Shown here: piece by piece, positions 1-10,299 of the stretch
Layout: the number at the start of each line of letters is the position of its first letter
Position numbering within the stretch: position 1 is the stretch's first letter
From: Candidatus Multivorans sp.
GTDB taxonomy: Bacteria; Acidobacteriota; Thermoanaerobaculia; Multivoradales; Multivoraceae
Direction: 5' to 3'
Assembly (NCBI GenBank): GCA_965219675.1
Contig: OZ244786.1
Span: forward strand, 1,818,597 to 1,882,596
Length of the DNA stretch: 64,000 nt
Notes under the pieces: model-generated
Databases searched by the model: none
The model's input: only the letters and a program-made list of their open reading frames with translations
What the model was told of the DNA's origin: nothing
Program-made: the position numbers and the translations under genes

Positions 1-1
1 A

Positions 2-76
2 CTGCGGATCGAGAGTGCCGCGCCCGAGGCGGCGGAGGAGCTCATCGCGCACCTGGAACGGGAGGCCCTGTTGTGA
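2..76 (+). CDS. etfB: electron transfer flavoprotein beta subunit, C-terminal fragment (gene begins upstream of window)
   Basis: Frame 2 reads ...LRIESAAPEAAEELIAHLEREALL* and ends in TGA at 74-76. Its stop overlaps the GTG start of the downstream etfA (GTGA), the usual etfB-etfA arrangement. Only about 24 aa are visible. Confidence 0.5.
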   Translation: MRIESAAPEAAEELIAHLEREALL

Positions 77-1023
77 GCCGCCCGTCTCGATCTTCCGTCG
101 AACCGGTGGTGTGGATCGTGGAGAACGCCAACTCGGGCTCCGGATCCCGCGAAACGCTCGTCTGCGGCCGGAAGCTCGGCGCCGACCTGCGGCTCGCCCT
201 GCTCGACGAAGAGCGGCTCGGACCGTATTCACCGGGGGTCTACGCCCGGGCCCTCGGCGCTCGGATCGCCAGCGAGAACGACGGCGAAGCGCCTCCATCG
301 ACGGTGGTTCTCCTGCCGCACACCTACCAGGTGGCCGAGTTCGCTCCCCGCCTGGCCCTGGAACTCGGCGCCGCCTACGTCCCGTCGATCAGCGGAGCGC
401 ACCGAAACGACGAAGGAGAGCTGCGCTTTCTCCGGTCCATTCTGCAGGCCAAGCTCCAGGCGGAGGTCCGCCCGAGGGTTCGGACCGTCGTGGCCACCCT
501 GCAGAGCGGCGCCTTCAGCAGCGACGAGCCTCCGGCAGCGCCAGGACGAGTCGTCGAGGTCTGTCTGCCGGCCGACATGGATCCCCGGCCCGAACGGGAG
601 ATCCTCGGACGTGAGGCGGCGAGCGCCGGCGGCGTCGATCTCGCGGGCGCCGAACGGATCGTGACCGCGGGGAGGGGAGTGGGCGGAGCGGACCAGGTCT
701 CGGTGGCGGCCGACCTGGCCGCGGCGCTGGGCGCCGAACTCGGCGCGAGCAGGCCCGTGGTGGACAACGGCTGGCTGCCGCGCGAGCACCAGGTCGGATC
801 GAGCGGGCATACGGTGACCCCGGACCTCTACGTGGCGCTCGGAGTGTCGGGCTCGATCCAGCACCTGATGGGCATGAGCGGATCGCGGATCATCGTGGCC
901 GTGAACAAGGACCCGGAGGCCCCGATCTTCAGCGTCGCCCAGTACGGCATCGTCGGCGACCTGCACGAAGTCGCGCCCGCGCTGACCCGCCTGCTGAACG
1001 AGCGCGCCGGTCGGACGTCTTGA
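73..1023 (+). CDS. etfA: electron transfer flavoprotein alpha subunit
   Basis: 316 aa starting at GTG. The C-terminal FAD-binding motif is present: VVDNGWLPREHQVGSSGHTVTPDLYVALGVSGSIQHLMGMSGSRIIVAVNKDPEAPIF. Confidence 0.9.
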   Translation: MSRPSRSSVEPVVWIVENANSGSGSRETLVCGRKLGADLRLALLDEERLGPYSPGVYARALGARIASENDGEAPPSTVVLLPHTYQVAEFAPRLALELGAAYVPSISGAHRNDEGELRFLRSILQAKLQAEVRPRVRTVVATLQSGAFSSDEPPAAPGRVVEVCLPADMDPRPEREILGREAASAGGVDLAGAERIVTAGRGVGGADQVSVAADLAAALGAELGASRPVVDNGWLPREHQVGSSGHTVTPDLYVALGVSGSIQHLMGMSGSRIIVAVNKDPEAPIFSVAQYGIVGDLHEVAPALTRLLNERAGRTS

Positions 1024-1050
1024 ATCACCCGCCTGATGCGGTTCCGGGCG

Positions 1051-1914
1051 TCATGTGGCGACGCGCCTCGCGCCGCGCAGCCGTTGCAGTTCGAACAGGG
1101 CCAGGGATGCAGCGACCGCCGCGTTGAGCGACTCGACGAGGGGAGACGTAGGAATCGACAGCAGCGCGTCTGCGCGGTCGAGAACCGGACGGGAGAGGCC
1201 TTTGCTCTCGTTGCCCACGGCCAGGACAGCATCGGTGGAGATGAGGTCGGCAAGCTGCGTGCGATCTGAAGCACCGGAAGCAAGGAGCAGTCCTTCCGGT
1301 GACGGCCGGCCATCGCGGGAGGGCCGGGCAGTCAGGGCAAGCAGCGGAAGTCCTGGTGGGATCCGGTCGATCGAGACATCGGTCCACAAGGGCAATCGGA
1401 GCAGGCTTCCGGCGGAGGCGCGGAGGGCGCGGGGCTGGCTGGGGCGGGCAGTTCCTGGAGCGAGGAGCAGGGACGCGGCGCCTGCGGCTTCGGTAGAGCG
1501 GGCGATGGCCCCCAGGTTGCCGGGGTCCTGGATGCCGTCGAGGTAGAGGTGAAGGCCGGGAGGGAGCACGAGGGTCCCAGGCTCCAGGGCGCGTGTGGAA
1601 TGCCAACCGGGAGGTGGGTCGACGAGGGCGGCGATGCCCTGAGGCGCGTCGGCGTCGGCCTGCTCGCGGAGCCGGTCGGTTTCGATCGGCGTAGGCGCGG
1701 TTCCTGAAAGACCTTCCAGCCGTTTGGTCAGGTCGGTGTGGGCGGCACGAAACTCGGGCGTTACCAGGAGATGGCGAAAACTCAGCCCTGCCTCGGCGCC
1801 GGCCTCGACCAGATGCGGGCCCTCGAGCAGGAGCAGGTCGATCCGCCGGCGTGCGTGCGCGCTGCGGAGCCGGCGAATGGTACGTACCTGGGGGTTGTTC
1901 CGGCTGCGGATCAT
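1051..1914 (-). CDS. TrmH/SpoU-family RNA 2'-O-methyltransferase (RlmB-like)
   Basis: 287 aa carrying SpoU motifs: [30 protein letters not shown] and [15 protein letters not shown]. Confidence 0.85.
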   Translation of the reverse strand: MIRSRNNPQVRTIRRLRSAHARRRIDLLLLEGPHLVEAGAEAGLSFRHLLVTPEFRAAHTDLTKRLEGLSGTAPTPIETDRLREQADADAPQGIAALVDPPPGWHSTRALEPGTLVLPPGLHLYLDGIQDPGNLGAIARSTEAAGAASLLLAPGTARPSQPRALRASAGSLLRLPLWTDVSIDRIPPGLPLLALTARPSRDGRPSPEGLLLASGASDRTQLADLISTDAVLAVGNESKGLSRPVLDRADALLSIPTSPLVESLNAAVAASLALFELQRLRGARRVAT

Positions 1915-1994
1915 TGCCGGGCGATGTTACGCAGTCGTTCACCCGAGCGGTGCAAGTCCCCGCCAGCCTCGGAAATTGGTATGGTTCCCTGCCG

Positions 1995-3176
1995 ATGCGC
2001 ACCGGTGCCAGCGGAATACGCCGTCTGTTCACGTCCGAGTCGGTGACCGAGGGTCACCCCGACAAGGTCGCGGATCAGATTTCGGATGCCGTGCTCGATG
2101 CGGCCCTCCGGCGCGATCCGGAGGCCCGGGTCGCGTGCGAGACGCTGGTCAGCACGGATCTGGTCCTGCTCGCGGGCGAGATCACGGTCCGTTCCGGCGG
2201 TTCCGGGATCGACTTCGAGGCGGTGGCCCGGGAGACGATCCGGGGCATCGGTTACACGGACACCGGGGCCGGATTCGCCGCTGACGATTGCGAGGTGCAG
2301 ATCCGGCTCGACCCGCAGTCCCCCGACATCGCCCTTGGCGTCGACACCGGCGGCGCGGGCGATCAGGGACTGATGTTCGGCTACGCGTGCCGGGAGACGG
2401 AAGAACTCATGCCGCTGCCGATCGTCCTCGCGCATCGCCTGACGCGACGGCTCGCCGAGGTGCGCCGGGAGGGCGAAGCCGGATGGCTGCGGCCGGATGG
2501 CAAGTCCCAGGTCACGGTGGAGTACGACGAGAACGGGAAGCCTGCGCGGGCGCACACGATTGTCGTCTCGACGCAGCACGCGCCGGGAGTCGAACTGGAC
2601 GAAATCGAGAGGTTCATCCAGGAACGCGTGGTCCGGCCGACGATTCCCGCCGACCTGTATCACGAGGACGGCGTTCGGAAGACGAAACTCCTCGTCAATC
2701 CGACCGGCCGGTTCGAGGTCGGCGGTCCGCAGGGTGATTGCGGGCTGACGGGTCGCAAGATCATCGTGGACACCTACGGCGGCGTCGGACACCACGGCGG
2801 TGGCGCCTTTTCCGGCAAGGACCCGACCAAGGTGGACCGCTCAGCGAGCTACATGGCGCGCTACGTGGCGAAGAACCTGGTAGCCGCCGGCATGGCGGAT
2901 CGCCTCGAGGTCCAGTTGGCCTATGCGATCGGCGTCGCGGCACCCGTCTCGGTTCATGTGGACTCCTTCGGCACCGCACAGAACGGCATCTCGGACCGCT
3001 TTCTCGAGGAACTCGTGCGCAGCGAGTTCCCGCTCGAGCCTCGGGCCATCATCGAAGCGCTCGATCTGCGCAGGCCGCGGTACCTCGAGACGGCTGCCTA
3101 TGGCCACTTCGGTCGAGCCGGGTTCCCCTGGGAGCGCACCGACCGCGCCGCGACCCTGCGGCGGGCCGTGGCCTAG
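1995..3176 (+). CDS. metK: S-adenosylmethionine synthetase
   Basis: N-terminus [28 protein letters not shown], then [12 protein letters not shown] and [19 protein letters not shown]. Start taken at the ATG at 1995; the upstream in-frame extension overlaps trmH and is rejected. Confidence 0.93.
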   Translation: MRTGASGIRRLFTSESVTEGHPDKVADQISDAVLDAALRRDPEARVACETLVSTDLVLLAGEITVRSGGSGIDFEAVARETIRGIGYTDTGAGFAADDCEVQIRLDPQSPDIALGVDTGGAGDQGLMFGYACRETEELMPLPIVLAHRLTRRLAEVRREGEAGWLRPDGKSQVTVEYDENGKPARAHTIVVSTQHAPGVELDEIERFIQERVVRPTIPADLYHEDGVRKTKLLVNPTGRFEVGGPQGDCGLTGRKIIVDTYGGVGHHGGGAFSGKDPTKVDRSASYMARYVAKNLVAAGMADRLEVQLAYAIGVAAPVSVHVDSFGTAQNGISDRFLEELVRSEFPLEPRAIIEALDLRRPRYLETAAYGHFGRAGFPWERTDRAATLRRAVA

Positions 3177-5611
3177 GTGCGAGCGCCCAGGAACAGGTAG
3201 AGCGCGAGCGTGCCGAACAGCGCGTTCGGACTCCAGGCCGCGATCAGGGGAGGCAACGCCTCCGACTGGCCGAGCGTCACGAAGATGCTGATCACGATGT
3301 AGTACACGATTCCGAGCATGATCGAGATGCCGATTCCGTAGAGCGCCCCCTGGCGGCCGAGGCGAAAGGCGAAGGGCAGGGCGACCAGACCCATGACGAA
3401 GCACACGACGGGCAATGCGGTCTTGTTGTGGAGCTGCATCTGGAGTTCGGGAACCGCGGTACCCGCGGCCGTCAGGTCCCTGACGTAGCGCCTGAGCTCG
3501 CGACGGTTCATCTGATCCGCGTACTTGACCTCCGTGTCGAAGAACTCGGGTCCCTCCGGGATATCGACCGGTTGAGGTCCGGCGAATCGGCTGCTGTTGG
3601 TAATCGTCAGGCCATCGAACTCGCGAACCCAGGCGTCGACCAGTTGCCAACCTCCGGTTTCCGCTTCGCTGCCCGGCGCGTAACGCGCGGCAGCAGCGTA
3701 AAGGCGCCCGATCAACCGGTGCTCGGGGTCGAAGCGGAACACCTGGAGGCGCTGCAGGGTCTGGCGGTCGGCATCGTAGTGGCGGTAGTTGTAGATGTGG
3801 CCCGCGCCGGTGTCGTCCTGGGCATAGCGCCACAGCCGGTCCGTGCCCTGGTAGCTCCGGATCGGTCCCTCGTTACCCCGGATGCGGTCCTGCAACTCGG
3901 CCACCTTGGCGTTGGAAGCCGGGAGCACCGAGTTCTCGAGCGCCGCACTGAGGAGGGCGATCCCGGCCGCCGCGACGAGGGCGGGCATCGCCAGCCGGAA
4001 CAGGCTGAAGCCGAGGGCCTTCGCGGCCACGACCTCGTTGCGCTGCGAGAGCAGGCCGAACGTGACCAGCGTGGTCACGAGGACGAGGACCGGAGCCACG
4101 TCGTAGAAGATCTGCAGTGAGAGATAGGGATAGTAGGCCGCGAAGACGCTCGACGGGACGTCGTTCTCGAACATCTCGTCGATGAGTTGCGTGAAGTCCG
4201 ACACGATGTAGATGGCAAGGGCCGCCAGAACCGCAACGACGAAGACGCGCGAGAAGACACCGAAGACATAGCGGTCCATGACGCCGGGAAACCGAAGGCT
4301 GAACGGCTCGATCCGCAATCTCAGCCTGGGCCCGGTGGGGGAGCCGCCCGCCGCCAGCGACTGGGTCCGCGCGCGCGCAAGCCGATCCTCGAGCGCCCGC
4401 TTGCGGCGGCCCCTGACCTCCCTCCGCCTGCCGAGACGGAGGATACGTCGCCAGACGTGCTCCCTCAGGTAGCGATCCACGGCGCTGATCATCAGGGTCT
4501 TGTCCCGGTTCCTGCGCCAGAGAAGGAACGTGCCGAGAACGACGAGAAGGATGTTCGGAGCCCACATCGCCAGCCAGGGCGGCACCTGCCCGTTCACGGC
4601 CGCTTCCTCTCCGTTGCCCAGCATGACGTAATAGAACAGGAACATCGTTACGGAGATCAGGAAGCCCGAGGATCGCCCGGTACGCCGGTTCCGGAAGCCG
4701 AGCGGAATCCCGTAGAGGCCGAAGACGAGGCAGGCGCCCGGAATCGCGAACTTCTTGTGGATCTCTACCCGCGCCTTGGTGCGCTTCTCGGGACCCGCCG
4801 CCGGATCCTCGGCGCTCTGAACCAGCTCCGGGAGCGTCATCGAGCGCACGTCCTTGGCAAGAACGAGCCCCTCGCTGTGCCGGAACTCGTTGTCCTCGAT
4901 CATGATGTTCGCGTCGCGAAGGCGCTGCAGGCGGTAGGCGCTCGGATCGTTCGTGTCCACCTCATGCACGTCGGCGAGACCGAACGTGAGGACGGGAGGG
5001 CGGCCGTTTCCCGGGGTCACGTTGATCCCGCCCGTCTCGCCGACGATGACCTGTTGTTGAGGACCTGGAACCGCGTCAGCCAGAAACACACCGCGCCAGC
5101 CGTCCTCGTTCTCGGGCGACTCGAAGACGTAGAGGACGCGCCCCTGGAGACCGTCGTAGAACACCCTGGGCTTGACCTGCTGATTCACGCTCCGCTGCAG
5201 GATCGCCAACTGCAGCTCGAGTGTCGCCTTGTTGCCTGCCGGCAGGGTGACCGTCATCAGGTACGTCGTCACCGCCGCGAGCAACAGACTCATCACGACG
5301 ATTGGCCGGTAGATCGAGAACAGGCTGATTCCCGAAGCCCGCATGGCAACCAGCTCGCTGTCGGCAGCCATCCGGCCGATCGCGAGCAGGATGGCGAACA
5401 GGAACGCCATCGGGATCGTCAGGACGATGATCTGAGGCAGGCTGTAAGCGAGGAGTTGAAGGACGATCTGAACCTCGATGTCCCGCTCGATGATCAGCTC
5501 GGCGAGCTGGAAGAGCTCCTGCAGCAGGGCAAGGAACGTGAAGATGAGGAGGCCCAGGGCGAGGGGGCCGATCGTCTCGCGCAGGATGTAGCGATCGAGG
5601 AGCCGGAACAT
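3173..5611 (-). CDS. lptF-lptG: fused LptF-LptG lipopolysaccharide export permease (two YjgP/YjgQ modules in one 812-aa ORF)
   Basis: N-terminal module starts [17 protein letters not shown] (LptF/LptG start motif). The second module starts ...[22 protein letters not shown] after a basic linker of about 80 aa ([21 protein letters not shown]). There is no stop codon between the modules. Several TM segments in each half. Confidence 0.85.
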   Translation of the reverse strand: MFRLLDRYILRETIGPLALGLLIFTFLALLQELFQLAELIIERDIEVQIVLQLLAYSLPQIIVLTIPMAFLFAILLAIGRMAADSELVAMRASGISLFSIYRPIVVMSLLLAAVTTYLMTVTLPAGNKATLELQLAILQRSVNQQVKPRVFYDGLQGRVLYVFESPENEDGWRGVFLADAVPGPQQQVIVGETGGINVTPGNGRPPVLTFGLADVHEVDTNDPSAYRLQRLRDANIMIEDNEFRHSEGLVLAKDVRSMTLPELVQSAEDPAAGPEKRTKARVEIHKKFAIPGACLVFGLYGIPLGFRNRRTGRSSGFLISVTMFLFYYVMLGNGEEAAVNGQVPPWLAMWAPNILLVVLGTFLLWRRNRDKTLMISAVDRYLREHVWRRILRLGRRREVRGRRKRALEDRLARARTQSLAAGGSPTGPRLRLRIEPFSLRFPGVMDRYVFGVFSRVFVVAVLAALAIYIVSDFTQLIDEMFENDVPSSVFAAYYPYLSLQIFYDVAPVLVLVTTLVTFGLLSQRNEVVAAKALGFSLFRLAMPALVAAAGIALLSAALENSVLPASNAKVAELQDRIRGNEGPIRSYQGTDRLWRYAQDDTGAGHIYNYRHYDADRQTLQRLQVFRFDPEHRLIGRLYAAAARYAPGSEAETGGWQLVDAWVREFDGLTITNSSRFAGPQPVDIPEGPEFFDTEVKYADQMNRRELRRYVRDLTAAGTAVPELQMQLHNKTALPVVCFVMGLVALPFAFRLGRQGALYGIGISIMLGIVYYIVISIFVTLGQSEALPPLIAAWSPNALFGTLALYLFLGART

Positions 5612-5693
5612 CGTGATTGGCTGCCTGGATCGTTCTTATGGAGTTGACATAATGGACATTATCAGACGTCCCATGCGGCCCGGCGAGCGCGGT

Positions 5694-6533
5694 CTAGAAC
5701 GACGGCGTCGTGTTCCGCTCGCGGCGCAGTGCCGAGAGAATCTCCTCCAGAGCCCGGATCAGATCGTCCTCCTCGACGACGCTCTGGCGGAAGCTCAGCG
5801 AGACGCTGAACCGTTCGTCCGCGCCCTGGAAGCGGAACACGTGCGGCTTCGGGCCGGCCTCTTCCTCTTTGGACTCTCCCGCCTTCCCGGGTTCGTCGTC
5901 CTGGTAGGGGTCGGATCGACGCGCCCGCACCTCCTCGCGCACATCGGCCCGTTTCAGATCGAGCTCGGCGATGCGATCCAGCATCTCGAGCATGTCGGCC
6001 TCCGAGGCGAGCTTCAAAACCTCCAGGAGAATCGACTTCCGGTCCGAAACACCTAGCGCGACCGCCCTGTCCCGTACTGCCCCCGGCAGCCGGAGCAAGG
6101 CCATGGACTCGGTCACACTGACCCGCGAGCGCCCGAGCGCCGACGCGATCCGTTCGTGGGTGTACCCGTACCGTTCTACCAGCGCACCCAAGCCCTCGGC
6201 CTCCTCGAACGGCGTCAGGTCGACCCGCTGCAGGTTCTCGATCAGCGCGATCTCGAGCGCCTCGCTACGGGAGACGTCCATCTCGATCAACGGAATCTCG
6301 TTGACCCCGGCCCGCCGGGCGGCGCGGAACCGTCGCTCTCCGGAGATGATCCGGTACCGCCGCTGTCCGGTCCCGACAGAGTCCGCGAGAGGTAGCGGCC
6401 GGGCCAGGATCGGTTCAAGGACGCCCTTCGCGCGGATGGAGGCGGTCAGCTCGTCCAGGCCTTCGAGTTGTTGCCTGGGCTGATCGGGGTCCGGCTCGAT
6501 CCGGGAAAGAGGGACCATTCGGATCTCCATCAA
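5694..6533 (-). CDS. ParB/Spo0J-like N-terminal domain protein (orphan, no parA nearby)
   Basis: ParB box RYRIISGERRFRAARRAGVNEIPLIEMDVSRSEALEIALIENLQRVDL (GERRxRA CTP-binding motif), an HTH region ERIASALGRSRVSVTESMALLRLP, and an acidic/Lys-rich C-terminus unlike the usual ParB dimerisation domain. Confidence 0.8.
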   Translation of the reverse strand: MMEIRMVPLSRIEPDPDQPRQQLEGLDELTASIRAKGVLEPILARPLPLADSVGTGQRRYRIISGERRFRAARRAGVNEIPLIEMDVSRSEALEIALIENLQRVDLTPFEEAEGLGALVERYGYTHERIASALGRSRVSVTESMALLRLPGAVRDRAVALGVSDRKSILLEVLKLASEADMLEMLDRIAELDLKRADVREEVRARRSDPYQDDEPGKAGESKEEEAGPKPHVFRFQGADERFSVSLSFRQSVVEEDDLIRALEEILSALRRERNTTPSF

Positions 6534-6543
6534 ACGCGCCCGG

Positions 6544-7134
6544 CTACATCTCGTACTTGCCTAGTGTCTTCGGGTCCAGCTCCTCGAGCCACTCCTTCAT
6601 CTTCTCTTCGTCCATGCCGGCCGTAGGCGCTTCGGAGCCCTCGTCCTTCTCCGTCTGCTGTCGGACGCGGGCGAGATCGGCCACGGACTGGCGCACGAAG
6701 AGGGGCGCTCCGGCGCGCAGCGCGAGCGCGATCGCGTCGCTCGGCCGGGCGTCGAGGAGCCGATGCTCCCCACTTCGCTCGACGAGTTCAACCACTGCCA
6801 GGAACGTGTTGCCCTCGATCGCCCGCACGACGACCTCGATCACCTCGGCCCCGACCAGGTCGAGCGCGTTCTTCAGCAGATCGTGGGTCATCGGCCGGCC
6901 CGGATCCTTGCCCTCGATGGCGAGCTGAATCGCGCCGGCCTCGAAGATTCCGATCCAGATCGGGACCACCGAACTCTCCCCGGCGTCCTTCTCGTGCAGA
7001 CGCAGGATGACGATCGGCTGGTTGGAGTTGGGCTCCATCATCAGACCGTGGACTTCCGCCGGGATCTTTCGATCCACCGCGTCATCCCGAGCAGCTGAGT
7101 CCTGGCCGCCGCCTTCCGTCGCCATCCCCGGCAT
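6544..7134 (-). CDS. bifunctional nuclease family protein (BFN/DUF151)
   Basis: PIVILRLHEKDAGESSVVPIWIGIFEAGAIQLAIEG...RPMTHDLLKNALDLVGAEVIEVVV...LDARPSDAIALALRAGAPLFV matches the DNase/RNase BFN fold. The likely true start is the internal M of MMEPNSNQPIVIL near 7041. There is a 10-bp gap to the ParB-like gene. Confidence 0.75.
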   Translation of the reverse strand: MPGMATEGGGQDSAARDDAVDRKIPAEVHGLMMEPNSNQPIVILRLHEKDAGESSVVPIWIGIFEAGAIQLAIEGKDPGRPMTHDLLKNALDLVGAEVIEVVVRAIEGNTFLAVVELVERSGEHRLLDARPSDAIALALRAGAPLFVRQSVADLARVRQQTEKDEGSEAPTAGMDEEKMKEWLEELDPKTLGKYEM

Positions 7135-7148
7135 CCTACGCCAGTGGC

Positions 7149-8489
7149 CTACCGGCCACCAGAGATCACTTCACCGAGCAGCGAATGGTCGTAGGCCTGC
7201 AGCGTCCGGACGCGCGTCAGCGTCCCGGTCGTCACCGCTTCCCGCGGAACGGGGAAGTGAACGATCCGATGACAGTCCGTTCGTCCGGCCTGGTAGCCCG
7301 GGCGTCTGCTCCAGCCGGTAACGAGGAGGTCGAACTCCCGTCCCACCAACTCCTCGTTCAGCTCGCGCTGAATCACCGTCTGGGCCGCGAAAACGCGCTG
7401 GAGCCGCTCGTCGGCGACCTCCCTGGGCACCTCCTCCTCGGCGGGAAGCCGGATGGCGGCCGTCTGGGGCCGGGGGCTGTACTTGAACGCGAACACCGAA
7501 GCGAAACGGACCCCCTTCACCAGGTCCAGGGTGCGCAGAAAGTCGTCCTCGGTCTCACCCGGAAAACCGACGATCAGGTCGGTGGACAGGGCGAGCCCCT
7601 GGCGGGCGGCGCGCAGCCGGCCGACGAGCCCAAGGTACTCCTCCACCGTGTAGCCGCGTCCCATGCGCCGCAGCACCCCGTTGGAGCCCGACTGAACCGG
7701 CAGGTGCAGATAGGGCGAGATGTTGCGGTGCATAGCCACGGCCGCGATCATCGGGTCGGTGAAGTCCCGCGGATACGACGTGACGAAACGCAGACGCTTC
7801 AGGCCTGGCAACACGGCCGCGGCGTTCAGCAGATCGGCGAAGTCGAGGTCCCGACCGCTTCCAAGCGGCGGCGGCGGCTCGCGCCAGTGGTTCACGGTCT
7901 GTCCGAGCAACTCCACTTCGACGAAGCCGTACTCGACCAGGTGTTCGATCTCGCTCAGGATCTCTTCCATCGGCCGGCACCGCTCAGGCCCGCGCGTGTT
8001 GGGTACAACGCAGAACGTGCAACGCTTGTTGCAGCCTTCGATGATCGTCACCATCCCCTTGTGGGCGCTGTCCCGACTGATGGCCTCGAAGTCGTAGGGT
8101 CGCTCCTCGGGAAACCCCACCGCCAGAACGCGCTCGCCGCGCCGGCTCCGCCTGAGAACCGACTCGAGTTCCCCAACCCGGCCGGTGCCGACGACGAAGT
8201 CGAGGTCGGGGTTGCGGCGCAAGGCCTCTTCGCCCTCCTGTTGCGCGACGCAGCCGCAGAAACCGATGCGGAGGTTCGTCCGTTCGCGCTTCAACAAACG
8301 GTACTCACCCAGACGGGAGTACGACTTCTGAGCCGCCTTCTCGCGCACCGAGCACGAGTTCAGGAGGATCAAGTCCGCTTGTTGCAACTCACGCGTCGGC
8401 ACAAGGCCCTGTTGCATCAACTGACCGGCCATCCGCTGGCTGTCCAGCTCGTTCATCTGGCAGCCCCAGGTCTCGATGTAGAAGCGCTC
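7149..8489 (-). CDS. miaB: tRNA-2-methylthio-N6-dimethylallyladenosine synthase
   Basis: FYIETWGCQMNELDS, radical-SAM motif CNKRCTFCVVP, and a TRAM C-terminus. The upstream in-frame extension to 8651 overlaps ptsI, so the start is taken near the GTG at about 8489. Confidence 0.9.
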   Translation of the reverse strand, partial: ERFYIETWGCQMNELDSQRMAGQLMQQGLVPTRELQQADLILLNSCSVREKAAQKSYSRLGEYRLLKRERTNLRIGFCGCVAQQEGEEALRRNPDLDFVVGTGRVGELESVLRRSRRGERVLAVGFPEERPYDFEAISRDSAHKGMVTIIEGCNKRCTFCVVPNTRGPERCRPMEEILSEIEHLVEYGFVEVELLGQTVNHWREPPPPLGSGRDLDFADLLNAAAVLPGLKRLRFVTSYPRDFTDPMIAAVAMHRNISPYLHLPVQSGSNGVLRRMGRGYTVEEYLGLVGRLRAARQGLALSTDLIVGFPGETEDDFLRTLDLVKGVRFASVFAFKYSPRPQTAAIRLPAEEEVPREVADERLQRVFAAQTVIQRELNEELVGREFDLLVTGWSRRPGYQAGRTDCHRIVHFPVPREAVTTGTLTRVRTLQAYDHSLLGEVISGGR

Positions 8490-8505
8490 CACGGCGCGGA
8501 GACTA

Positions 8506-10299
8506 CTACTCCGTCCGCACCCGGGGCCGCCGGTGGGCGGAAGTCGCGCCGAACGCGCCAAGCAGGTCGTCGACCTCCTCCGCCGACGACGACGCGATGC
8601 ACCGGCGTGCGAGTTCCTCGGCATCGCAGAGGTCGAGCGAGCGCACGACATCCTTGACCCCGGGAATGCCCCGAGGACTCATCGAGAGCTGCCGCAGACC
8701 GAGTCCCAGCATGAGCGGCACGCACTCGGGACTTGCCGCGATCTCGCCGCACAGGGCGACTGGAACCCGCTGCCGCCGGCCCGCCTCCACCACGAGCTGA
8801 ATCATGGCCAGCACGGCGGGGTGCAAAGGCTGATAGAGGTCCGCCACATACTCGTTCGTCCGATCGACGGCCAGCGTGTACTGGATCAGGTCGTTCGTGC
8901 CGATGGACAGGAAGTCGACTTCCGCCGCGAGTTGTCGGGCGATCAGCACGGCCGCCGGAACTTCCACCATCGCGCCCAGCTCCACGTCCCGTCGGTACTC
9001 GGCGCCCTCCGTCTCGAGCTCAGCGCACACTTCGTCGCAGAGGAGGCGCAGCGCCCGGATCTCCTCCACCGCCGTGATCATTGGCGCCATGATGCGCAGG
9101 CTGCCGAAGGGCGCGGCACGAAACAGAGCGCGCAACTGAAGGCGAAACACGTCCGGCCGCGCCAGCGCGAGCCGAATGCCCCGCTGCCCCAGCACCGGAT
9201 TCTCCTCGTCCCGTGGCACGAGGCCGCGGACCACCTTGCCGCCGCCAAGATCCAGGGTCCGCACCACAACCGTCTGAGGCGCGAGGGTCTCCAGAAGCTC
9301 ACGGAGCACGGCCACATGCTCCTCTTCGGAGGGCAGTTCCGGACTCTTCTCCAGATAGAGGAACTCGCTTCGGTAGAGGCCGATACCGGAGGCCCCGAAC
9401 CGCCGCACGTCCTCCAGTTCGTCGGGCAACTCGATGTTCGCCAGCAGTTCGACATCCACACCGTCGACCGTTCTGGCCGGTAGCTCCCGGGCAGCGGTCG
9501 ACAGCGCCTCCTCGTTTCGCCGCCGGCGGCGCTGGAGGCTGCGATACAGGTCGAGCGTTTCCGGCGTCGGGTGGAGAGTGAGACATCCTTCCTCACCATC
9601 CACGATCACGGGGTCGTCGTCGGCAACACGGTTCGTGATCTCGACGATGCCGGTCACCAGCGGAACGTCCAGGGCCCGTGCGACGATGGCCGTGTGCGAG
9701 TTCGCGCCGCCTACCTCGATCGCGAACCCCACTGCGCCCCGGCGTCCCAGACGCAACACTTCGTCCGGGGTCAATTCGTGGCTGACGACGACCACGTTGC
9801 GGTCGAAGTCATCCCCGACACCTGGTGAAGACCTCTTCCCCGCCAGGGCCCGGAGCAGGTAGCGCGTCACGTCCCGAAGATCCTCGCCCCGTTCGCGCAG
9901 ATGCTGACTCTTCACCTGGGCGAACTTCTCGCCAAGATCGTCGGCCACCGCCTGCACCGCCCATTCCGCGTTGACCCGGTCACGGCGGATCATCCGATCG
10001 ATCCGGCGGGCGAAGGAGGAGTCGCGGAGAATCACCGAGTGGGCATGGAAGATGGAAGCCAGATCGCTGCCAAAGGTCTCGGCGATGCGACTCTCGGTGG
10101 CCTCGAGTTCCGCCTCCACGCTGCGCACGGCGGCACCGAAGCGCTCGACCTCGCGGTCCAGGCCGCCTCTCCGGATCGGGACCCGAAGCACTTCCACGCC
10201 GTGGCCCCGAAGGCATACCGCGGGGCCGATCGCGACTCCCGGCGCCGCGCCGGCTCCCTGAAGGGACTCCTGCGTCTTCGTGTCGCCGGCCCGGTTCAT
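8506..10299 (-). CDS. ptsI: phosphoenolpyruvate-protein phosphotransferase (PTS enzyme I)
   Basis: 597 aa with GGANSHTAIVARALDVPLV (phospho-His region), GTNDLIQYTLAVDR and CGEIAASPE. Confidence 0.92.
   Translation of the reverse strand: MNRAGDTKTQESLQGAGAAPGVAIGPAVCLRGHGVEVLRVPIRRGGLDREVERFGAAVRSVEAELEATESRIAETFGSDLASIFHAHSVILRDSSFARRIDRMIRRDRVNAEWAVQAVADDLGEKFAQVKSQHLRERGEDLRDVTRYLLRALAGKRSSPGVGDDFDRNVVVVSHELTPDEVLRLGRRGAVGFAIEVGGANSHTAIVARALDVPLVTGIVEITNRVADDDPVIVDGEEGCLTLHPTPETLDLYRSLQRRRRRNEEALSTAARELPARTVDGVDVELLANIELPDELEDVRRFGASGIGLYRSEFLYLEKSPELPSEEEHVAVLRELLETLAPQTVVVRTLDLGGGKVVRGLVPRDEENPVLGQRGIRLALARPDVFRLQLRALFRAAPFGSLRIMAPMITAVEEIRALRLLCDEVCAELETEGAEYRRDVELGAMVEVPAAVLIARQLAAEVDFLSIGTNDLIQYTLAVDRTNEYVADLYQPLHPAVLAMIQLVVEAGRRQRVPVALCGEIAASPECVPLMLGLGLRQLSMSPRGIPGVKDVVRSLDLCDAEELARRCIASSSAEEVDDLLGAFGATSAHRRPRVRTE

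Noticed and set aside
15-614. ORF 15..614 (+, 199 aa) overlapping etfA in another frame.
   Set aside because: A highly basic, Arg/Pro-rich alternative frame of the well-supported etfA gene; no motifs.
1915-1994. A SAM riboswitch upstream of metK.
   Set aside because: Only about 80 nt separate divergent trmH and metK. I could not find a SAM-I or SAM-II consensus (for example the SAM-II AAAGCUAAAG motif) by eye. This needs an Rfam scan to exclude formally.
3173-5611. Treating the lptF-lptG ORF as two genes separated by an undetected frameshift.
   Set aside because: The provided sequence contains a continuous 812-codon frame with no stop or frame change in the linker. It is kept as a fusion, but flagged for read-level verification.
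5694-6533. A ParB-like gene taken as evidence of a plasmid or partition locus.
   Set aside because: No parA or replication initiator is present. The flanking genes are chromosomal housekeeping (miaB, lptFG, metK) with uniform GC, so the ParB-like gene is treated as an orphan chromosomal paralogue.
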